Positions 11,314-23,899 of a stretch of 64,000 bases of DNA are shown here, one piece after another. Position 1 is the stretch's first letter. Each line of letters begins with the position of its first letter. The notes below the pieces were generated by a model, which saw only the letters and a program-made list of their open reading frames with translations, did not search any database and was not told where the DNA came from. Both the position numbers and the translations under genes were made by a program. Where the stretch lies: assembly GCA_043228905.1 (NCBI GenBank), contig JBHGNT010000002.1, positions 10,974,001 through 11,038,000 of the forward strand, read 5' to 3'. This stretch comes from Azolla caroliniana (lineage: Eukaryota; Plantae; Polypodiophyta).

Positions 11314-13398
11314 ATAACTGTTGGGAGACAAGCTCAACATTCGGTGCGTAACCTAGTGCGTAAACTGGGTGCATAGAACCATGCGCACAATAGGCCATAG
11401 CGGTGTGTAAACCACGAGGCTGTTGGAAAGATATTTCTCGAAAGGAATAATTTTGGGAGTGAGTGTAGTGGCTCATTTATGAGTGTCAAGTATTGTTAGT
11501 ACTTGTGTCAGCCCAATTGTCAGGGCTTGTATATAAGGTGCTCACTGAGCACGAAGTATGTACAGAATAGAGAGTCATTATTTTGAATGTGAGTTTTTTC
11601 TATTGTCTACTCTCTCTCCATCTCCATCTCCATCTCTGCATTTTCTGTGTTTTACCGAATTGTCTTATTCCTCCAAACAGTGTACTCTATGTTTATGCAC
11701 ACGCTTCCGCACAACGTATTCTTTTACATGGTATCAGAGCACGAGGGTTGAAGTCCTCTGCAGCCGACAAGAAAAGTTTGTGACAAAATAGAGTTGAAGT
11801 TATTCGCTTTCGGAGGAGAAAAAGACAGTACTATGGATAGAGGAATAGGAAGCTCACTTCCCACTAAAAAGCTTGAAAGAAGCAACTACACATCTTGGTC
11901 TTACAAGATGCACCAGCACCTGCTCAGCCATGACTACTGAAGTTATGTTGAAGGAGCAAACGATGTGGCACCCAACTCGACACACATGGACTATCCAACT
12001 TGGGAACAAGTGGCAAGAAAAGTGATGTACTGCTTCGCGTCCTGTGTGAGCGATCAACTTTTAAGCTATATTCGGGATGCCAAGACGCCGAAGGACGCGT
12101 GGGCAAATCTCAAAAGGATTTTCGCCGCCAGCACAACGGCCAGAATGCTGCAACTCAGATAGGAGCTCAACAATGTACGACAAAGAGATATGTTCGTGGC
12201 TGATTACACCACCAAGATCAAAGAAATATGTGACTCTTTTGCTTCCGTCAATGTGAACGTCGAGGAAGATGAAATGGTGCAGGTTTGTCTTGGTGGCTTG
12301 GCGTCAAAGTTTGGACCTTTCCGAATGGCAGTCTACACAAGGGAGATTACACCTTCGTTTTTTGAGCTTCAGTCAATGTTGCTCGTAGAAGAAAACCACA
12401 CGAGTGCGTTGACGAGTGCGCATGCCAATGGCAAGATGCTTTACACGGAGGATGATAGGCCCCGTGGTCGTGGTGGACGAGGTGGATTAGCGTGCAATGG
12501 AGATGGCCAAAAAGAGCAGAATGTACGGCATAATCGAGATGCCGGAAGTAATTCTGAACCCTCCGCAAGCAGGGGGAGTCATGGCGGTGCCGGAAGATGG
12601 CAAGAGAAGACCATGCCGGATTGCTAGTACTGTGGCAAGAAAGGCTACAAGGAGAGCGAGTGTTGGAAAAAGCGAGCCGATTCGGACAAAGCCGGATCGA
12701 GCCGAAGAGATGCAGAGAGGCATCAGAGATCGCACTACGCAGAAGGCTCTGAACGAGCCAGAATCAAATCGAGCCCAAGCTTCGTAATGAAGAATAAGGC
12801 CAATTCTATGGCCGTGAACACCTCGACATCAATCAAGGTGTGGTATGTTGATTCTGGGGCGTCAAATCATATGACAAGTCACAAGGAATGGTTCTCGTAC
12901 TTGGAGAAACTGGAATCACAAGGAGTGGTTGAAACGGGAGACAACACTCCGCATACCATCGAACATGTCGGCGAAGTTCCTCACAACCACGTCGGGCAGA
13001 AAGGAAAACTCATGCACGTGTTGCACGTCTTGACAATAACAAAGAACCTAGTGTCGTTCAGTCAGATCGTCGACTAGGGAATGCAGGTTCGATTCACGCA
13101 TCTCGGCTGCTTCATAGAAGAGGAAGGCAAAGTAATCGCGCAAGGGCGCTGTGAAGGGAGCATGTTTATCCTCGACACTAATCAAGCCGGAACCGCGTTG
13201 TACGTGAAAGGACAAAAGGTCGAATCAGATAGTGATATGTGGCACAAGGAGTTCGGCCACGTAGATTTCCCATAGTTTCGTGAAAAGCAAACGAAGACCA
13301 TTGTTTTCGGGGTGCCGAAGTTTCGTGGCCAGAATGGCCAAGTCTGTGAAGCCTGTCAAATGGGAAAACAACACCGACTTCCATTCCCCAATGAGCGT

Positions 13399-14185
13399 TG
13401 TCGTGCCTTTCGGCTCCGGATCGTTGCGTGAGTCGGGTGGGAAACACTGAGGTTTTGGACTAGGAGAAAGAAGAATATGAGATGAGGCTAGTAATGAATA
13501 GATTATTAGAAAGAGAGATAGAAATTTCGTGAATCCCACGAGTGTATTGTATTCGATTAATCAATATTTAGATAAGAATATGTATTTAGATTGAAAGAAA
13601 GATATAAGAAACTTGTGAATCCCACAAGTATAGATTATATTATTTTCGTGAATCCCACGATTATATTAATCGGTTGGTGTTTTCGGAAATATATCCAATT
13701 TCCAAATATTTCACACACCTATTACATTGTGCTCCCCATCCTTATATAGTGATGGGAGAGACTAAGCATAGTTACATGCTTTTTCTAATATGTTCATGCA
13801 CACTAAATGTGCATGTGATGCTTTTCTAATCCTTACTTTTATTTGCTAAATATAGTGCTCATGCACGCTAGATGTGCATGAGTCACTTTTTAGTTGCTTG
13901 CGTTTTTCTATAAAATATTCACGCACTCTAAAAATGCATGATTTACCTTTTAATAAAGGTAGGCGCAAATAAAGCACTTATAGTTATTAAATCTATTTGT
14001 AGAACACTAAAGATAAGGTAGCATAATGGTAAAGTTGAGGTTTATCTACGTGGAGGTGTAGGGTTCGAATCTTGCCCTATGCACGTGATAAATATTTTGA
14101 TATTCTTATTTTATTTATTTATACGTAATTAAATCGGTTATATTATTTTTACTTTTTCACGTAGTGTACGAAATACACTACGATA
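13399..14185 (-). mobile_element. Solo LTR D, 4-bp TSD
   Basis: TGTCGTG...TACGATA; TSD GCGT; removal restores PNERNRSR in C. Strand inferred from similarity of layout to the A LTR. Confidence 0.85.
14017..14078 (+). promoter_or_regulatory. tRNA-like Pol III cassette in LTR D
   Basis: A box TAGCATAATGG 14019-14029; B box GGTTCGAATCT 14062-14072. Confidence 0.65.
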
Positions 14186-17100
14186 GCGTAACCGTAGTCG
14201 AAGTCCGCTGGATTTGATCCATTCGGTTGTGTGGGGTCCGGCACAGAACATCAGTCTCGGTGGAAGCCGTTACTTTGTAACCTTCATCGATGACTTCACT
14301 CGGCACATGTGGGCATGCATGATTGAGAAGAAGAGCGAAGTCTTCGCATGTTTCCTGAAGGTTGAGAGCCTTGCGGAAAGGGAAATGGGGCATAAGATCA
14401 AATGCCTATGGTCCGATGGCGGGAAGGAGTACTTCTCCGACCACTTCACAAGTTATCTACAAAAGGAGGGAATTCGACGCAAATTCTTGTGTAGATATAC
14501 GCCAAAGCAGAACGGTGTAGCCGAGCGGAAGAATCAGATGATTATTGAAGCGGCCAGGACAATGCTTGAAGAGAAGCATATGCCGAAATTCTATTGGGCT
14601 GAAGCCGTGAAGAAGGTTGTCTACCTGCAAAATCAAACTTCTGCTAATGGAGGAGTATCGCCACATGAGTTGTATTTCGGGAAGAAGTCGAACTTGGCAC
14701 ACTTGAGGATCATCGGCAGCATCGTGTATGTGCACGTGCCGAAGGAGAAAAGGAGGAAACTGGATGCTAAAGCTGAGAAATGTATCTTGGTCGGCTGTTC
14801 AGATGAGCAGAAAGGGCATAAATGTTAAAACCCTCGAACAAAGGAGGTACGTGTAAGCCGCAACGTTTTGTTCGACGAGTCTGCTTCGTGGTACCTGCCT
14901 TCTCCTCCAGATCCTCATGACTCCATTCCGATTTTGGAAGCAGAAATCAGGGAAGCTGAAATGCCTCCGCATGATGAGGACGTCGGAGCTCTGAGAGATA
15001 GTCCGATCTCATTTCGGCTAAGCTGGTCGAATGAGGGGTTGGGCCGAGATGGCCAACCAGATGATGAGACGGCGAGTTGTGGAGACTCGGTCGTGCATTC
15101 CCCGCGCAAGAAGCCGAGGAGACGGCTTACGCGCAAGGAAAAAGGAAAGAAGAAAATGCCGGAATATGGCTTCGGCAACGCCGAGTCAGATCAGAGTGAG
15201 TTAGACTACAGGCAAATTGAAAAGGAACCTCCACGAAAGAGGTCAACGGTAGCTGAAAAGGTCGTGAAATTGGGTAATCACGAATTACGCCGATCTACCC
15301 GCCTCAAGAACCCCGTAGAGAGATTCGGGTATAATGAGTACATGGCACACCATTACGCGTACATGACACGAGTGCGGGAAGTGCGTGAGCTGGAGAGCTA
15401 TGCAGAAGCGGCGAAGGACGCAAATTGGCATGCCGCAATGGAGGAAGAGATGCGTGCCTTAACGCAGAATGAGACATGGGACCTGGTTGACGCACCAAAG
15501 GGTATGAAGCCAATCGGCTGTCGGTGGGTGTATAAAGTGAAACACAACGCGAACGGCTCCATTAACTGCTACAAGGCCCGTTAGTAGCCAAAGGCTACAC
15601 GCAGAAGCACGACGTGGACTATGACGAGACCTTTGCGCCTGTCGCGAAGATGACGACCATCCGTGTTTTGCTCGTGGTAGCAACGGCAAAGGGGTGGCAC
15701 TTACATAAGATGGATGTAAAGAACGCGTTCCTACAAGGTGATCTTGAGGAACAGGTGTACATGGTACAACCCCCCGGATTTCTATCCGAACAAAACACCT
15801 CGGTAGTCTACCGATTGAAGAAATCCTTGTATGGACTAAAGTGTTGAGCGGCAAGGTCAACCGGATCCGGATCGGCATCCGGAAGGATGAAGCCGGATCA
15901 GTGAGACGGATCGGCGAGCCGATGAGCAATGGAGTCGGTGAGCTGGGGAGCCGGTTAGTTGGATCAAACAGTAACCGGAAGCCTAGTAGTAGCCTAGACT
16001 ACTAGGTAGTTAATGTCTCATAGTTAGTGTCAGACGCTTGTATGAGCATTGAAGTACACCGTACTTATGTCAGTCTGTATGGACTTGTATAAAAGTGTTC
16101 ACTGGACACATACGATGTACAGATCGAGTATTATTTGTGAATAGAGTTTCTATGTGCTCTCTCGCTCACTCTCTGTCTCTCCCGCGTATTGTGTATATCC
16201 TAAGCTCTCCATTAAACCTGCGTTTCTCCATTAAACGTATTCTTTTACATCGTATTAGAGCGCGAGGGTTGGGAACCTCTGCAGCCGACATAGTTTGAAA
16301 AGAATAGGAAAAACAAAATGGATAGAAGCATGGCTAGCTCACTTCCTACCGAGAAGCTCGACAGAAACAACTACGCATCTTGGTCCTACAAGATGCCCCA
16401 GTACCTGCTCGGGCACGGTTACTGGAGCTATGTCGACGGAGCAAATGACACAGCACCTGAATCGACACACAGAGATTTCCCGGTGTGGGAACAATCGGCG
16501 AGCAGAGTACTGTACTGCTTCGCGTCTTATGTGGGCGAATAGCTTCTAAGCTATATTCGGGATGCGAGAACGCCAAAGGATTGGGGAAATCTGAAGAAGA
16601 TTTTCACCGCAAGCACCACAGCCAGGAAGCTTCAACTCCGACAGGAGCTGAGCAACTTACGACAACGCGACTTGTCGGTGGCTCATTATACCTCGAAGAT
16701 CAAAGAGATATGCGACTCCTTACCCTCTATCGATGTGAATGTCGAGGAAGGCGAGATGGTGCAGATCTGTCTCAGGGGACTGGCATCAAAGTTCAGAGCG
16801 TTCTGAACTACTGTGTGTACACGGGAGAATACGTGGTCATTTTTTGACTTACAGTCGATGCTCCTTGTGGAGGAGAACCACGCGGATGTGTCAACAAGTG
16901 CACCCACCGACAGTCGGATGTTGTACACGGAGGTGGATCGGCCCCATGGGTGTGGTGGACAAGGCGGGTCGGTTCGCAATCATAGCGGCAGGCAAGAGCA
17001 AGACCGAAGGCATAGAGAACGTGCCAACATCAGTTTTGGACCCTCTACAAGCAGGGGGAGTCAAGGCGCCGATGGAGGCTGGCAAGCAAAGTCCAACACG

Positions 17101-19319
17101 GAATGCTGGTAATGTGGTAAATAGGGCCACAGAGAAAGTGAGTGTTGGAAAAAGTGCGCCGATGCGGACAGATCCGGATCTGCCAAGGCCGACAGAGAGA
17201 ACCGACAATACTTGCACTACGCAGAAGGATCGGGAGGATCCAAAACCGGAAAAGCCGGTAAAGGGCCAGCGTTGGTGGTGAAACACGAGGCTAACTCGAT
17301 GAAGAAGACCACTTCCAAATCAGAGGAAGAGTGGTACGTTGATTCCGATGCGTCAAATCACATGACGAGCCACAAAGAGTAGTTCTCCTTCTTGGAGAAA
17401 CCAAAACAACCGGGGGTCGTTGAAACCGGAGACGAGACTCCTCACCCAATCGTGCATGTCGGAGAAGTCCCTTTGAGCCATGTCCGGACAGAGGGGGAAG
17501 TTGATGAACTGTAAAAGAATACGTTGTGCGGAAGCGTATGCGAAACACAAAGTACACAGTTCGAAGGAACAAGACAGTTTGGTAAAACACAGAAGACACA
17601 GAGATGGAGATGGAGAGGGAGAGACAGAGATAGAGAGAATACACAGTAACACAATTCAAAAATAATACTCAATCTGTACATACACCGTGCTTAGTGAGCA
17701 CCTTTTATACAAGCCCTGACAATAGGGCTGACACAAGTACTGACAGTACTTGACTGCTCATAAATGAGCATACTACACAAACTCCTAACATTATTCCCTT
17801 ACGAGGAATATCTTTCTAACGGCCTCGCGGTTTACGCACTGCTACGGCCTGTTGTGCGCACGGTTTTACGCACCCAGTTTACGCATTGGGTTACACACCC
17901 AATTACACACCAAATGTTGAGCTTGTCTCTCAATACTCCCCCTCAAGCTCAACTTGAGGTTCCGTCCATTCTTCCGGATCTACGCTCCAGCTCCTTCTGG
18001 CTTCACACCTCGATCGTGCTCCTCGACCCGTTTGATTCCGTGCGCTTCGACCCTTCCGGTCGGCTTGTTTGTTTACACAGCCCTTCTCAGCTCCCTTGCT
18101 GTCGCCGTGTCGACGCGTCCTTCGCTGTCCTTTTTTCCGCATGGCCTTCAGTGGATTTGGCGTATCCGAATCAAAGTTCCCGATTGAATCGAATGCTTCT
18201 GATTCAATTTCGCTCTCATCCGAATTGGCTGTCTCCAATTCGTCTCCTATCATTAGGCCTTTGACTACATCAGACTACGTCTTCTTCTTGGCCTTTACGC
18301 CCTTCTTGGCTGTATCTCCCCCTGATTTGGCTGTCCTCGGCTCTTCCCTACGATTGCAGCCCTTGCTTTCTTCTTTGGCTCCTCAAGCCTGTCCGGAATA
18401 GAATTCTTCATCCGATTCCTCATCACGGTCATTTCCGCCATGATGAACACCTCCGCTCTTTCCACTCCTTTCACGCTCTTGTTCCTGTTCATCTTCCTTT
18501 CTCCCCCTCATGTTCGGCGTGTCGAGGTGACGCAACCCTAGCTCACCCGAGAAATATCGTAACTTGTCGAGACCAAGAGGTTTTGTGAAGATGTCGACAA
18601 TCTGTTGATCAGTCGAAACATGCACCAATTTGACTTCTCTTGAAAGGACCCACTCGAGGACAAAATGGTAATGCACCTCAATGTGCTTGGTCGGGGCGTG
18701 GAAAATGGGGTTCTTCTCAATGTGGATATTGCTGAGGTTGTCACAAAAGATCGTTGTCGGATCAGATGCCTCTACCTGCAGATCCTGCAATAGCCATTTC
18801 AGCCAATGACTTCGCACATAGTGACAGTCGCCCCTCGATATTCGGCCTCCGTCCTCGATAATGCTAATGTCAGCTGCTTTTTGCTGCTCTATGCAATTGC
18901 CGCACTTCCTAACGAGAGGGCGTATCCGGATGTGGATCTACGATCACTGGCGTTTCCGGCCCAATCGGCATCCGTGTAGCCGATTAACTGTTTGACTACG
19001 CCTGCGCCATAAAACAACGCCATGTCTTTCATGTCGCTGACATAATGCAATATCCGTTGCGCGCACTGAAAGTGTTCGGCCGTAGGCTGCAACATGAATT
19101 GACTAATTAGGCCGATTGGATAACTAAGATCCGAACGAGTAATTGTCAGATAGATATAGCTTCCAACAATTTGTCGAAACCGTGTCGGGTCGCATGCATT
19201 TCCCGAATCTCAGTGAAGCTTTGCGTTTCTATCCAGAGGGGTCAAGCTGGACTTACAGTTTGCCATCCCAAACTTGAAGAGCATATATCAATGCGTAATG
19301 GTGCTAGCTGATCAATATG

Positions 19320-20011
19320 TGTTGGGAGACAGGTCCCTCCGGATGGGAAGAGAAAAGAATAGTGCTGATGAACAAACTCGTATGAGGAGTACCCGGCTAC
19401 GGAGAGTCAGATGATGCAGACCCGGTGAAGACCGGATGAGGAGTACCCGGCTATGGAGAGCCGGATGATGCAAACCCGGTGAAGACCGGATGAGGAGTAC
19501 CCGGCTACGGAGAGCCGGATGGCGCAGACCCGGTGAGGAATGCTCTCCGGATGAAGAGACATATTCGTAAATATGTTTTCTGAAGAGCCCACCGTGGCTA
19601 TATTTGTAAATAGCCGAAAAGTCATATTAGTATAAATATGACTTAGGGCAAACTTTTAGCCCAAAAAGTTGTCATTTTGTTGGTGCAAGAAGAAGAGAGA
19701 GAGCACGTAACAGTGTACAGAGAGAGAGAGAGAGAGAAAGAGGTCGCTGCCTCTGTTGTAACCGCCGCCTGTGGCGAAGATCGTGAGCACGAGGTCGTTG
19801 CCTCCATGATCTCACTGTTTGTACATTCCAACGTAGTGATAGTTTGCAGCCTATGGGCTGCTGTGGTTTTTCCCTTAGTTTGGGTTTTCCACATAAACAT
19901 CCTGTGCACTCGTTTCTTCTTCGTGTCGTGCTTTATTTCCTGTTTTCTTTGTATGATTCTAAGCTCAGTTGTGGCCGAGCGTTGAGCATAAGGAGCGTTG
20001 AGTTCCCGTCA
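19320..20011 (+). mobile_element. Solo LTR H with three 54-bp tandem units
   Basis: TGTTGGG...CCCGTCA; TSD ATATG; units start at 19382, 19436 and 19490; TATAAATA at 19631. Confidence 0.88.
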
Positions 20012-20882
20012 ATATGCCTTCGGGCGTACAGATCACTTCGATCCGCAGGAAGTAATGAAGGTCTCCGAGATCCTTCATTTCAAACGATGCCGCAAGTTGA
20101 GACTTCACGCGACGGATTTCGTCCAAGTCAGCACTGGCGATGACTAAATCATCAACATACAATAGGAGACTAATTGGTCCGTGTTGACCTTGCCGAACAA
20201 ATAGAGAAGAGTCTGATTTCGACGGCACAAACCCCATCCTATGCAATTGTTGCGTAATCTTTGCGTTCCAAGCACGTGGGGCTTGCTTTAGTCCGTAAAG
20301 GGACTTCTTCAATCGGCACACCGCCGAGGTGTTCGTTCCGGAGTAAAATCCAGGGGGTTGTACCATGTAGACCTATTCCACAAGCTCACCTCGCAGGAAC
20401 GCATTCTTTACATCCATCTGATGTAAGTGCCACCCCTTTGCCGCAGCTACCCCGAGCAAAACATGGACTGTCGTCATCTTCGCGACCGGCGTGAACGTCT
20501 CATCGTAGTCAATGCCGTGTTTCTGCGCGTAACCTTTCGCTACTAACCGGGCCTTGTATCGGTTGACCGAGCCGTCAGTGTTGGACTTGAAATTGTACAC
20601 CCACCTACATCCGATCGGCTTCACACCTTTCGGTGTGTCAACCAGGTCCTAGGTTTCATTCTCTGCCAATGCGCGCATCTCTTCCTCCATTGCTACGCAC
20701 CAATTTGCGTCCTTCGCCGCTTCTGCGTAGCTCTCTGGCTCACGCACTTCCGCTACACGGGTCATGTACGCATAGTGATGTACCATGTACTCATTGTATC
20801 CGAACCACACAATAGGGTTCTTCTGGCGGGTAGATCGGCTTAATTTGTGATTACCCGATTTCACGACCTTTTCGGCTACCGT

Positions 20883-22279
20883 TGTCGTGTGAATCTTCTC
20901 ACACTATGTAAAAAAATAATGAAATAATTATTATAGATTAGATTAGTAGCTTACTATAGAAAGATGGATATACTCAAGAGCTTCAAAATATATTTTACTA
21001 TATACAAAATGGAGAAATACATATCAAGTTATGTGAAAATAAAGTGATAGGGAAATTAGAACTATCTCACATAGATAGGAAACTTAAGGCCTTGGCTATA
21101 TAAGCACCTTGAGCTCCCTCATTTTTCATTTGTGCTAAGAACACTTTGACCACTTTGTCTTGATGGATGATGGTGGCCTAATTCCCTAAAACTGGAAACC
21201 GGTCGGTAAGCAAATCCGGAAACCGGTCCGGTAAGCAAATCCGGAAACCGGCCAGTATGCAAACCGGAAACAGGCCGGTAAGCAAAACCGGAATCGGAAC
21301 CGGCAAGCAAATCGGAACCGAAAACTGGCTGGTATGCAAACCGGAAACCGGCTGGTAAGCAAAACCGAAACCGGAACCGGCCGGCAAGCAAAACCGGAAC
21401 CGGAACTGGCCGGCAAGCAAAATTGAAAACCGGCCGGTAAGCAAAACCACAACCGCAACCGGCAAGCAAAATGGAACCGGCCGGCGAGGGATTTGGCGAT
21501 CGGGCGGAACCGGCTACCAGACGAGGTTGGACGCAGACGGACGGAAGATTGGATCATTCAACAAACTAAAGTAAAGTGAAGAGAACTAAAGTAAAGGCCA
21601 TGTGGACACAAGCAACTAAAGTTGGAGTGCATGCAAAAAGTAAAGGTCATGTGGACGGTCACATGCAACTAAACGAAAAAGCCATGCAACTAAAAATAGA
21701 TGCAACTAAAAGAAAAAGCTAAGCAACTAAAAGTAGAGACCATGCAACAAAAAGTGGAAAGGCTATGATCAAGGGAGAACTCCATATATATTCCATTTTG
21801 TTTCCTACACTCGGACTCTCTCCATATTATCTTAATTTTCTTTTCCTTCTCAACTCCCTTATCTTAGGGAAGCCAGATCTCTCATAAACCCTAATCTTCC
21901 CTACAGAAGCCATAACACTCAAAAACGTTAATGTTCCCTACGGAAGCCATAACACTCAAAAACGCTAATCTTCCCTACGGAAGCCATAATACTCATATAA
22001 GCATAATCTCTTATGAAAGCCAAGAACCCTAAATCTCTCTGGAATCCATATCTTAGTTTCTTCTAATCTATTATTCTAGTAATCTCCTTAAGATAAAACT
22101 TTTGTAATCTCAATCTTGAGATTGATTGTAATCTTTCTTTCCCTTTATTAATGAAATTTGTGAATCTTTATGATTTTGTATTAATTGTTTAATATAATCA
22201 TACGAATCTAATATCTTCCGGTCGGAGGCCCCGGGGTCCTGCCTCAAAGTTCACGTATCCTCATCGTATTTTCACGACA
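20883..22279. mobile_element. Long solo LTR I, 4-bp TSD
   Basis: TGTCGTG...CACGACA; TSD CCGT; G reading frame restored on removal. Confidence 0.88.
21190..21515. repeat. CCGG(A)AACCGG/GCAAA degenerate minisatellite in LTR I
   Basis: Dense reiteration of AACCGG. Further GCAACTAAA repeats (21560-21750) and 37-bp repeats (~21895-22000). Confidence 0.85.
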
Positions 22280-23899
22280 CCGTCGACCTCTTCCGTGGAG
22301 GTTCCTTTTCAGTTTGCCCGTAATTAGACTCACTCCGATTTGACTCGGCGCTGCCGAAGTCATATTCCGACATTTTCTTCTTGCCTTTTTCCTTGCGCGT
22401 AAGCCGTCTCCTTGGCTTCCTGCGTGGGGAATGCACGGCCGAGTCTCCACGACTCGTTGTCTCATCATCTAGTTGGCCATCTCGGCCCAACCCCTCATTC
22501 GGCCCGCTTAGCCAAAATGAGATCGGACTCTCTCTAAGAGCTCCGATGTCCTCATCATACAGAAGCATCTCAGCCTCGCTGACTTCGTCTTTACTAATCA
22601 GAATGGAATCATGAGGTTCTGGAGGTGAAGGCAAGTACCACCAAGGGGATTCATCGAACACGATATCTCGACTTACGTGTACTTCCTTGGTTCGGGGGTT
22701 ATAACATTTATACCCCTTTTGTTCGTTTGGATAGCCGACTAAGATGCACTTTTCGGCTTTGGAATCCAGCTTCCTCCTCTTTTCCTCTGGCACATGCACA
22801 TATGCAATGCTACCGAAGATCCTCATGTGTGCCAAGTTCGGCTTCTTCCCGAAATACAGCTCATGTGGCGACACTCCTCCATTAGCAGAAGTTTGATTCT
22901 GCAAGTAGACAATTGTCTTCACGGCTTCGGCCCAATAGAATTTCGGCATATGCTTCTCTTCAAGCATTGCCCTGGCCGCTTCTTCAATCGTCTGATTCTT
23001 CCACTCGGCTACGCCTTTCTGCTCCGGCGTATATCTACACGAGAATTCGCGTCGAATTCCCTCCTTCCGTAGATAACTTATGAACTGGTCGGAGAAGTAC
23101 TCCTTCCCGCCATCAGACCGTAGGCATTTGATTTGATGCTTTGTTTCCTTTTCCTCAAGGCTCTCAACCTTCAGGAAACATGCGAAGACTTTGCTCTTCT
23201 TCTCAATCATGCATGCCCACGTGTACTGAGTGAAATCATCGATGAAGGTTACAAAGTAACGGCTTCCACCGAGACTCACGTTCTGTGCCGAACCCCACAC
23301 ATCCGAATGGATCAAATCGAGCGGATTACAGCTCTGATTACGCTCGTTGGGGAATGGAAGTCGGTGATGTTTTCCCATCTAACAGGCTTCGCAGATTTGG
23401 CCATTCCGGCCACGAAATTTCGTCAACCCGAAAACAATGTTCTTGTTGTTCGGTCGACAATTACTACTTTGCTGACAAAGTATAAGACGAATGTTCGTAC
23501 CGAACGTTCTATCAAGAAGTTGTGGTTAGACGAATAGATACTAATTATCTGTAAACTTATCGGTGATAACAAACACCGAGATCGTGACTTATGTAATATA
23601 GTTTAGACAGAAAGAAATAGATGGCAAAAAAAACAATTCGGACATAGAGATTTCCTAACCAAACTTTATATTACTAAATACAACGATAGATTTTTACAAT
23701 GATTTTGGTTCCTTTTATAGGTAATCTGAAGACCTTTTGTGATCAAGAAATCCTACTCCCTATAATTATCAAGAATTACAAAACTTCGTAACTAACAATG
23801 TCCTATTCGGCTATCTACTGAGTCATCGATCCGAACTGTCAATCCAACTCCAACTCCGACTCCGACGTATCTATACTTGTCCGAGTAACACTTGGCACG

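Larger units (their letters stand above)
11833..15841 (+). pseudogene. pol: Copia C gag, protease, integrase and RT N-half (interrupted by D)
   Basis: [33 protein letters not shown] at the F junction. Confidence 0.9.

Noticed and set aside
21119-21557. Three overlapping ORFs rich in R/F/P/C
   Set aside because: Translations of the AACCGG minisatellite inside a solo LTR.
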